From an uncultured Solirubrobacteraceae bacterium (GTDB lineage Bacteria; Actinomycetota; Thermoleophilia; Solirubrobacterales; Solirubrobacteraceae), in the NCBI GenBank assembly GCA_963791405.1, contig CAWBSJ010000003.1:89193-153192 (forward strand): a stretch of 64,000 bases of DNA, in the 5' to 3' direction. Position numbers and translations under genes: made by a program. This document shows positions 55,968 through 63,281 of this stretch, piece by piece. The notes under the pieces are model-generated. The model was not told the origin of the DNA and ran no database searches. It saw only the letters and a list, made by a program, of their open reading frames with translations. How positions within the stretch are numbered: the first letter of the stretch is position 1; every line of letters starts with the position of its first letter.

Positions 55968-56882
55968 ATGAAGGTGGCGATGCACAACTGGATGCGGGCC
56001 GAGCCCGTCGAGACGACGATCAAGCGGCTGGCGAAGTACGGCTACGACGCGATCGAGATCTCGTACGACTCGGTCGAGCTGTCGCCGGGCGCGCCGGGGA
56101 CGAAGGCCGTCGCGGGGATGCTCAAGGACAACGGGATCGAGTGCGTCGGGTCGATCTCGCTGATGTTCGCGGGGCGCGACCTGATCCACGCCGACCCCGC
56201 CGTGCGCGCGAGCTCGGTCGACTACCTGAAGAGCTGCATCACGATGATCAAGGAGCTGCGCGACGGCGCCGACGGGCCGGGGACGATGAGCATCGTCCCG
56301 TCCGAGGTCGGCAAGGTGAAGGAGATGGACACGCCCGAGCAGGAGTGGGCGTGGGCGGTCGAGGGCCTCAAGGAGGTCAACGAGCACGCGAACGCCGAGG
56401 GCGTGCGGATCGCGATCGAGGCGCTCAACCGCTTCGAGACCAACTTCATCAACCGCCACGACCAGGCGCTGCTGCTCGCGTCGGAGGTCGGCGACGACGT
56501 CGGGGTCTGCCTCGACGTCTACCACATGAACCAGGAGGAGGCCGACACGCCGGCCGCCTTCCGGGCCGCCGGCGACCGCCTGTTCGACGTCCACGTCGCG
56601 GACAACAACCGCATGGCCGTCGGCCAGGGCGACCTGGACTGGGCGACGATCATCGGCACGCTCAAGGACATGGGCTACGACGGGTCGATCACCGTCGAGT
56701 TCGTGCCGTCGCTCGACCGCACGCCGGCCAACCCGTACAAGAACGCGATGGCCGCGGCGGACGACTCGCTCACCCCCGAGCAGCTGAAGTTCATCGAGGA
56801 CCACGGCTCCGGCGTCCTGTCGGAGGAGTTCTACTCGTGGCTCGTGGAGGAGTCGGCCAAGACCCTCCGCCAGCACCTCTAG
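55968..56882 (+). CDS. sugar phosphate isomerase/epimerase (xylose-isomerase-like TIM barrel)
   Basis: Intact 304-aa ORF. GYDAIEIS, IAIEALNRFETNF, LDVYHMNQEE, HVADNNR and ITVEF are typical AP_endonuc_2 metal-ligand positions. Confidence 0.85.
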   Translation: MKVAMHNWMRAEPVETTIKRLAKYGYDAIEISYDSVELSPGAPGTKAVAGMLKDNGIECVGSISLMFAGRDLIHADPAVRASSVDYLKSCITMIKELRDGADGPGTMSIVPSEVGKVKEMDTPEQEWAWAVEGLKEVNEHANAEGVRIAIEALNRFETNFINRHDQALLLASEVGDDVGVCLDVYHMNQEEADTPAAFRAAGDRLFDVHVADNNRMAVGQGDLDWATIIGTLKDMGYDGSITVEFVPSLDRTPANPYKNAMAAADDSLTPEQLKFIEDHGSGVLSEEFYSWLVEESAKTLRQHL

Positions 56883-56894
56883 GCCGTCCGCGCG

Positions 56895-56933
56895 GGCCGG
56901 CCGGGAGCGCGTTCGCCGCGCGCCCGGCCGGCC
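56895..56933 (+). terminator. GC hairpin after the isomerase gene
   Basis: GGCCGGCCGGG ...17 nt... CCCGGCCGGCC is an 11-bp stem starting 13 nt after stop 56882. No clear U-tract. Confidence 0.45.
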
Positions 56934-56995
56934 GTGCCGGCGACGCCGGGCGCATGTGAGGATCCGGTAGCTTCTGATAGGTTCGTGGGATCGCC

Positions 56996-57787
56996 GTGAA
57001 CGCCATTCCCGCCTCGACGCGCCGCGCCCAGATCCTCGACCGCATCCGGCGCGACGGCGGCGTCACGATCGCCGAGCTCGCGCGCAGCCACGCGATCTCG
57101 AACATGACCGCGCATCGCGACCTCGAGCAGCTCGCCGCCGAGGGGCTCGTCGAGCGCGTCCGCGGCGGCGCCCGCGCGCTCCCGGCCGGCGCCGGGCCGC
57201 CCGCCCACCCGACCGCCTGGGGTCACCGGATCGGCCAGGCCGCCGACGCCAAGGCGGCGATCGCGGCCGAGGCGGCGACGCTCGTCGCGAACGGCTCGAC
57301 GATCTTCCTCGACGCGTCGTCCACCGCGCTGGCGCTCGCGGCGACGCTCGCGGCCGCGCCGCCGTTCGAGCTCACGCTGGTGACCAACTCGCCGATGATC
57401 GCGGGCGAGATCCGCGCGGACTCGATCCACGTCGTCGTCTGCCCCGGCGAGCTCGACCAGCACACGCGGACCATCACCGGCCGCTGGACCGTCGAGTTCA
57501 TCGCCCGGCTCAACTTCGACACCGCGTTCGTGTCGGCGGCGGGGATCACGCTCGACGCGGGGCTCACCACGTCGCGGAGCCCGATCGCCGAGGTGCTCAC
57601 CGCCGCCACCGAGGCGGCCGGCCGCACGATCGGCATGGTCGACGCGACCAAGTTCGGCCGGCCGTCGCTCGTCTCGATCCTGCCGGCGAGCGAGCTGGAC
57701 CTGCTGATCAGCGACGCGGCGCTGCCGGACGACGTCGCCGCGGCGTACCGCGCGGCCGGCGTGGCCTTGACGCTCGCGCCGGACTGA
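56996..57787 (+). CDS. DeoR/GlpR family transcriptional regulator
   Basis: Intact ORF, GTG start. RRAQILDRIRRDGGVTIAELARSHAISNMTAHRDLEQLAAEGLVERVRGGA plus a C-terminal sugar-phosphate-sensor domain (IFLDASSTALALA). Confidence 0.9.
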   Translation: MNAIPASTRRAQILDRIRRDGGVTIAELARSHAISNMTAHRDLEQLAAEGLVERVRGGARALPAGAGPPAHPTAWGHRIGQAADAKAAIAAEAATLVANGSTIFLDASSTALALAATLAAAPPFELTLVTNSPMIAGEIRADSIHVVVCPGELDQHTRTITGRWTVEFIARLNFDTAFVSAAGITLDAGLTTSRSPIAEVLTAATEAAGRTIGMVDATKFGRPSLVSILPASELDLLISDAALPDDVAAAYRAAGVALTLAPD

Positions 57788-57793
57788 CGCCGT

Positions 57794-58181
57794 TCAGGCG
57801 AGGCTCTCGAAGACCCACGTCGTCGCCGGAGCGGCCGAGCGTGAGGCGCTCCGCGCGACCGTCGGCCGCGACCTGGAAGACGGCCTTGTCCTCGTCGGTC
57901 CCCGGCCGGTCGACGATCTGCAGCAGCGTCAGGTCGGACGGCTCGGCGCCGTCGCGCTGGCCCGCGTAGGCGGCGCGGGCCGCCGCCTCGAGGTTCTCGC
58001 GCGCCCAGCCGCGGTCCGCCGCGTGCGCGGCGGCGAGCTCGCGGTTGATCCCCGCCAGGTTGTGGTCGAAGCGGCCGCGCGTGCGCTCCAGTTGGCGCCG
58101 GCGCGCGTACGCGCCGCCGAGGGCGAGTACGACAACCAGTAGTACGAACAGGCCGATGACGATCGCGAGCCAGGTGGGCAT
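57794..58181 (-). CDS. membrane-anchored hypothetical protein, probable frameshift in the last codons
   Basis: MPTWLAIVIGLFVLLVVVLALGGAYARRRQ is an N-terminal TM. A shifted tail ...WVFESLA-stop at 57794-57796 avoids the long overlap with deoR seen in ORF 57708..58181. Confidence 0.45.
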
Positions 58182-58190
58182 GACCCGTGA

Positions 58191-58838
58191 TTACAGCAGC
58201 ACGTCCCGCGAGCGGAGGTGGATGCCCACCTTGCGCTTGACGCGCTGGAGCGCGTTGTCGACCGTCTTGCAGTCGCAGCCGAGCTGCTCGCCGATGCCCG
58301 TGTAGCTGTGGCCGTCGAGGTAGAGGCCGAGCACCTGGGACTCGAGCTCGGACAGCACGGTGGAGAGACAATCCACCAGCGAGCGCAGCTCCTCGGACGA
58401 GATGACCTGGTTGACCGGGTCGTGGATCGTCGAGCCCGGCAGCAGCTCGTCGAGCGTCGGCTCGCTGTCGCTCGCGCCGGCCGGCGTGGAGGAGAACGAC
58501 ACGTACCCGTTGAGCGGCGTGTGCTTGTTGCGGGTCGCCGTCTTCACCGCGGTGATGATCTGCCGCGTGATGCACAGCTCCGCGAAGTTGCGGAACGAGG
58601 ACTCGCGGTCGGTCCGGAAGTCCCGGATCGCCTTGTACAGCCCGACCAGGCCCTCCTGGATCAGGTCGTCCGAATCGCCCCCGATGAGGAAGTACGACGA
58701 GGCCTTCAGCCGCACGAACGAGTAGTAGCGCCGGACCAGGTGCTCGTACGCGTCCGGGGAGCCCTGCTTCGCCAGCGCAAGCAGATATCCGTCATCAACC
58801 TGAACTGGAGATTGAGGCTTTGCAGAGATCTTGGCCAC
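58191..58838 (-). CDS. sigH: SigH (Spo0H)-type sigma-70 family sigma factor
   Basis: YYSFVRLKASSYFLIGGDSDDLIQEGLVGLYKAIRDFRTDRESSFRNFAELCITRQIITAVKTATRNKHTPLNGY...LSELESQVLGLYLDGHSY...VDNALQRVKRKV is nearly collinear with Bacillus subtilis SigH as I remember it. GTG 58838 follows GAGAGAGGA. Confidence 0.85.
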   Translation of the reverse strand: MAKISAKPQSPVQVDDGYLLALAKQGSPDAYEHLVRRYYSFVRLKASSYFLIGGDSDDLIQEGLVGLYKAIRDFRTDRESSFRNFAELCITRQIITAVKTATRNKHTPLNGYVSFSSTPAGASDSEPTLDELLPGSTIHDPVNQVISSEELRSLVDCLSTVLSELESQVLGLYLDGHSYTGIGEQLGCDCKTVDNALQRVKRKVGIHLRSRDVLL

Positions 58839-58912
58839 GAAACGTCCTCTCTCGGGCGTCTGGCCCGTGAAATAGGTCGTGGCGCACACCTCCCCCGGCG
58901 CCTATTGATGAG

Positions 58913-58936
58913 TTCGAGGGTCATCGCTAACCCTCG
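58913..58936 (-). terminator. hairpin between rlmB and sigH
   Basis: TCGAGGGT catcgcta ACCCTCGA is an 8-bp stem, 33 nt downstream of the rlmB stop, in an AT-richer region. Confidence 0.4.
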
Positions 58937-58968
58937 ACCTCAACCTGATGCGCGGCAGTGTTGCAGGG

Positions 58969-59655
58969 TTATGTGGACGCGTCAAGTCGCGTCTGCAAGA
59001 TCTGGTACAGCAGGACCGCCGCCGTGGCGCTCACGTTGAGCGAGTCGATGCGCCCGCGCAGCGGCAGCGAGACGAGGTCGTCGCACGCGGCCGCCACGCG
59101 CGGCCGCAGGCCGCGGCCCTCGGCGCCGAGCACGAGCACCACGCCCCCGCGCCAGTCGACGTCGCGGTAGCCGGTCCGCGCCCCGGCCGCGGCGCCGTAG
59201 GTCCAGCAGCCCGCGCCCTTCGCCTCGGCCAGGAAGTCCGCGAGGTTGCGGACCCGGGCGACGGCGAGGTGCTCGACGGCGCCCGCCGAGGCCTTGCAGA
59301 CGGCGGCGGTGACCTCGGCCGAGCGCCGCTCCGGCAGGATCACGCCGGTCGCCCCCGTGCACTCCGCCGTCCGGCAGACCGCGCCGAGGTTCTGGGGGTC
59401 GGTGATCTCGTCCAGCGCCACGAGCACCGGCGCCTCGGCCCGCAGCAGCGCGGCGGCGTCGGCGTAGCGGTACTCCGAGACCTCGGCGCAGACGCCCTGA
59501 TGCCCGTCCGAGCCGCAGCGCCGCGCGATCTCGTCGGCGCCGGCCGCCCGCGCGCCCGCGAACTCGCGCGCCGCGCCCTTCGTCGCCCAGACGGCGGACA
59601 CCTCCCGCGGGCCGCGGATGGCCTCGCGCACGGCGTTCCGCCCGTAGACGATCAC
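58969..59655 (-). CDS. rlmB: 23S rRNA (guanosine-2'-O)-methyltransferase RlmB / TrmH family
   Basis: VIVYGRNAVREAI..., LDEITDPQNLGAVCRTAECTGATGVILPERRSA, LVLGAEGRGLRPRV and IPLRGRIDSLNVSATAAVLLYQ (SpoU motifs). GTG 59655 overlaps the cysS stop (GTGA). Confidence 0.85.
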   Translation of the reverse strand: MIVYGRNAVREAIRGPREVSAVWATKGAAREFAGARAAGADEIARRCGSDGHQGVCAEVSEYRYADAAALLRAEAPVLVALDEITDPQNLGAVCRTAECTGATGVILPERRSAEVTAAVCKASAGAVEHLAVARVRNLADFLAEAKGAGCWTYGAAAGARTGYRDVDWRGGVVLVLGAEGRGLRPRVAAACDDLVSLPLRGRIDSLNVSATAAVLLYQILQTRLDAST

Positions 59656-61002
59656 GGCCCGATCGGCACGAGCTCGGGCCCGCCGGCGCCGTCGCGCACC
59701 TCCCAGCCGCGGGCGCGCAGCTCGTCGCGCAGCCGGTCGGCCTCGGCGAAGTCGCGCTCCGCGCGCGCCGTCGCGCGCGCCGCGGCCAGCTCCCGCACCT
59801 CGGCGGGAGCGCCGTCCTCGCGCTCCAGCAGGTTCTCGAGCCCGAGCACGGCGAGCATCTCGCGCAGGTCCGCGTCCCCGACGGGCTCGGCGGAGGCGTT
59901 CGCCTCGCGCACCCACTCGGCCAGGGCGGCGAGCGCCCGCGGCGTGTTGTAGTCGTCGGCCAGCGCGTCGAAGAACGCCTCGCGGTGCGGCGCGAGCGCC
60001 GCCGGCGACGGGCCGGGCACGAGCCGCCGGCCCGCGTTGCGGATCCCCTCGACCCGCCGCGCGGCGTCCGCCAGCTTCTCCGGCGTGAAGGCGAGCGGCT
60101 GGCGGTAGTGCGCCTCGTTGAAGAACATCACGAGCGCGTCGCGCCCGGACTCGTCGAGCACCTCGGCCAGCCCGCGGATGTTGCCGACCGACTTCGACAT
60201 CTTGCCGCCGAGCTCGAGCATCCCGTTGTGCATCCAGATCTGCGCCAGCTCGTGCCCGCGCGCGGCGAGCGTCTGCGCCGCCTCGTTCTCGTGGTGGGGG
60301 AAGATCAGGTCGTTGCCGCCGCCGTGGATCTCGAACGGCGCGCCGAGCGTCGCCTCGGCCATCGCCGAGCACTCGATGTGCCAGCCCGGGCCGCCCCTCG
60401 CCCCACGGCGCGCTCCACCAGGTGTCCTCCATCGGCTTGCGCGCCTTCCAGAGCGCGAAGTCGAGCGGGTCCTCCTTGCGGCCGGAGCCCTCGAGCCCCT
60501 CGCCCTGGTCCATCTGGTCGATGTCGCGGTGCGACAGCTCGCCGTACTCGGGCAGCGAGCGGACGCGGAAGTAGACGTCGCCGTCGGCCACGTAGGCGTG
60601 GTCGCGCTCGATCAGGTCGCCGATCAGCGCGACGATCTCGTCGATCATCAGCGTCGCGCGCGGCTCGTGGTCGGGCCGGCCGAGCCCGAGCCGCTCCGTG
60701 TCGGCGAGGTAGTGGTCGGTCATCTCCGCCGCGAGCTCGCCCGAGGGCCGGCCCGCGGGCCGCGCGGCGTCGTAGATCTTGTCGTTGATGTCGGTGATGT
60801 TGGCCACGAGCACGGGGTCGTAGCCCTCGTGCGCGAGGAACCGCTTGAGCAGCGAGAAGACGACGAACGGCCGCGCGTTGCCGACGTGGATCCGGCCGTA
60901 GACCGTCGGCCCGCAGGCGTAGATCCCGACCTTGCCGCCGGCGCGCGGCGTCAGCTCCTTGAGCGCCCCGGTCCTGGTGTCGTGGAGGCGGACGGTCCGC
61001 AT
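59652..61002 (-). CDS. cysS: cysteine--tRNA ligase, one frameshift at 60386-60391
   Basis: IYACGPTVYGRIHVGNARP (HIGH), WGEGRPG-WHIECSAM (restored by removing one C from the CCC run) and GGKMSKSVGN (KMSKS). The C-terminal half is ORF 59652..60362. Confidence 0.9.
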
Positions 61003-61026
61003 GGACGGGCACCTTATCCCGCGCGT

Positions 61027-61401
61027 TCAGTCGCCGTCGGCGTCGGCGGCGGGGGCGTCGTCGCCAGGGGTGTCGCGGTCCTCGCGGTCGACGCCGTAGT
61101 GCCGGTAGAGCTCGGACTCCTGGTCCTTGGTGAGCTGGCCCGAGGGGTCGATGTGCGGCGCGTCGCCGACCTGCTGCTTCGTGTGCGGCACGCGCAGCCC
61201 GCCGTCCTCCTCGGTCGCCCCGCGCAGCGGCACGAACGTCTGCTTGGACCCGAACAGCCCGGTGTGGACGAGCGCCCATTCCGGCTCGCCGGAGTCGGCG
61301 TCGAGGTACATCTCGACGACCTTGCCGATCTTCTCGCCCTCGGCGTCGGCGAGATCCTCGCCGCGGAACGCCAGCATGCGGTCCTTGTCGATCGCGTCCA
61401 T
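61027..61401 (-). CDS. PRC-barrel domain protein
   Basis: MDAIDKDRMLAFRGEDLADAEGEKIGKVVEMYLDADSGEPEWALVHTGLFGSKQTFVPLRGA is the typical PRC-barrel pattern. The tail is acidic. Confidence 0.75.
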   Translation of the reverse strand: MDAIDKDRMLAFRGEDLADAEGEKIGKVVEMYLDADSGEPEWALVHTGLFGSKQTFVPLRGATEEDGGLRVPHTKQQVGDAPHIDPSGQLTKDQESELYRHYGVDREDRDTPGDDAPAADADGD

Positions 61402-61412
61402 GGCCCGGGAGG

Positions 61413-61907
61413 CTACCCCGTCGCGCCCGGTTCCAGCCGCGTGAGCGTGGCCACCGCGAGCGCCGCCGCGCCTTCCCCGCGGCCGACGAAGCCCATCCCC
61501 TCGCCCGTGGTGGCCTTCACGTTCACCGCGTCCTCGGCCAGCCCGAGCGCGCCGGCGAGCGCCGCCGTGATCGCCGGCCGGTGCGGCAGCAGCTTCGGCC
61601 GCTCGAGCAGCACCGTCGTGTCGACGTTGCCGATCGCCCAGCCCCCCGCGCCGAGCGTCGCGACGACGTCGCGCAGCAGCCCGAGCGAGTCGGCGTCCTT
61701 CCACTGCGCCTCGGTGTCGGGGAAGTGGGTGCCGATGTCGCCCAGCCCCGCGGCGCCGAGCAGCGCGTCGATCACCGCGTGGGTGAGCACGTCGGCGTCG
61801 GAGTGGCCGGCGAGCCCCTGCTCGTAGGGCACCTCGACGCCGCCGAGGATCAGCCGCCGCCCGGGCGCGAAGCGGTGGCTGTCGAACCCGAGCCCGGTGC
61901 GGACCAT
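61413..61907 (-). CDS. ispF: 2-C-methyl-D-erythritol 2,4-cyclodiphosphate synthase
   Basis: MVRTGLGFDSHRF...LAGHSDADVLTHAVIDALLGAAGLGDIGTHFP...NVKATTGEGMGFVGRGEG. ATG overlaps the upstream stop (ATGA). Confidence 0.95.
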   Translation of the reverse strand: MVRTGLGFDSHRFAPGRRLILGGVEVPYEQGLAGHSDADVLTHAVIDALLGAAGLGDIGTHFPDTEAQWKDADSLGLLRDVVATLGAGGWAIGNVDTTVLLERPKLLPHRPAITAALAGALGLAEDAVNVKATTGEGMGFVGRGEGAAALAVATLTRLEPGATG

Positions 61908-62744
61908 CAGCCGAGCGGCTCCATCCGCCGCTTCCGGCCCTCGAACACGCAGATCTCCGTCACGCCGGCGTCGGTGAGCGCGGTCACCGCGTCCTCGTAG
62001 CGGTAGCCGAGCTGGTCGGGGACGTGCGCGTCGGAGGAGAGCGCGATCGGCAGGCCGGCGTCGACCGCCATCTCGAGCAGCGCCGGCGCTGGGTAGAGCT
62101 CGCCGGCGGGCTTGCGCAGCCCGGCGGTCGACATCTCCATCGCGACCCCGGCGTCCAGCATCGCCTGGACCGCGGGCTCGTAGAAGTGGCGCGGGTCGCG
62201 CTCGGGGGCCGGCCGCGCGCTGCCCCAGACCTTGACCAGGTCGGGGTGGGCCATGATGTCGTAGAGGCCCGACCCGGCCGCCTCGGCGAGCGTCTCGAAG
62301 TAGCGCTGCCAGACCCGCTCGGCGCCGGTCGCCGCGGCCCCAGACGTGGTCCCACTCGGGACCCTCGAGGTCGACCGCGGCGTCGCCGACGAAGTGGACG
62401 GAGCCGACCACGTAGTCCCACTCGCGGGCGTCGAGGAACGCGTCGATCCGGCTCTCGCGCCCCGCGACGAAGTCCATCTCGATCCCGAGCCGCAGGTCGG
62501 TCTCCTCGCGCACGAACGCGCAGTACTCGTCGACGTCGTCGCGCGCCCACTTGCGCCACCACGGGTGCTGCCAGATGTCGAGCGACTGCGTGAAGCGGTG
62601 GACGTGCTCGGCGACGCCGAGCTCGGCGATCCCGCGCTCCTCGGCGACGACGCGGTAGCGCTCGGCGTTCGCGGCCGTGAAGTAGCGCGCGGGCGGCGTG
62701 TCCTCGTCGTCGGGGCGGAGGTGGACGTGGTAGTCGGTCAGCAT
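61907..62744 (-). CDS. PHP-family histidinol-phosphatase (HisJ-like), frameshifted near 62330
   Basis: MLTDYHVHLRPD, GVAEHVHRF, GIEMDFV and VGSVHFV are in one frame. MAHPDLVKVWG...AMEMSTAGLRKP...ALSSDAHVP is in ORF 61907..62254. Confidence 0.8.
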
Positions 62745-62807
62745 CCGGCGCGCAGACTCTACGCATCGCCGGTTGCCCGCCGCGGCGGGCTCTGGTTGCA
62801 TGGCCAC

Positions 62808-63281
62808 GTGGGGACGGCGCAGCGGCTCGACACCCCGGCCGGACCCGTCAGCGTCACGCTGCCCGATGCCGCGGTGCTGCAGGACGCCGGCGCCGTCGCC
62901 TACTGGTCGCCCGACCCGGCGTCCGGGCGCTTCACCGTCGCCCCGACGCCGGACGCCGGCGCGGACGCGCTGCTCGCCGCCGAGCGCGAGCGCGGCGCGG
63001 TCGAGGTCGAGCTCGACGAGCGCGGGGAGCGCGGCGGCCTGCCGGTCCGCCGGGTGCGCTACCGGATCCGCCTGCGGCGCGACCGCGAGGTCGTGCTCGA
63101 GGGCGGCCGGGAGCAGCACCGCGGCGGCACGGAGGAGGAGCACCGCGCGGACGTCGTGGTCATCGGCGACGGTGCGGCCACCGTCCGCGCGGGCTACTCG
63201 GTCCGTGCCGGCGCCCCGCCGGAGCTGGCGGCGGCGTTCGCCGCGGCGCTGGACTCGCTCCGGATCGGGAGCGAGACGTGA
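62808..63281 (+). CDS. hypothetical protein (about 157 aa), translationally coupled to the downstream HExxH protein
   Basis: Tail of ORF 62346..63281. Candidate starts are TTG 62796 and GVG-coding GTG 62808. Sequence runs VGTAQRLDTPAGPVSVTLPDAAVLQDAGAVAYWSPD...RVRYRIRLRRDREVVLEGG. Stop 63279-63281 overlaps the next GTG. Confidence 0.45.
   Translation: MGTAQRLDTPAGPVSVTLPDAAVLQDAGAVAYWSPDPASGRFTVAPTPDAGADALLAAERERGAVEVELDERGERGGLPVRRVRYRIRLRRDREVVLEGGREQHRGGTEEEHRADVVVIGDGAATVRAGYSVRAGAPPELAAAFAAALDSLRIGSET

Noticed and set aside
59652-61002. Reading the broken cysS (and likewise trpS, ppa and about 26 others) as genuine pseudogenes or a decaying genome region.
   Set aside because: These are single-copy essential functions. 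The only lesions are 1-nt shifts, there are no stops or deletions, coding bias is intact on both sides, and the shifts I could map lie in short homopolymers. Assembly error is the economical explanation; see the finding covering 1..64000.
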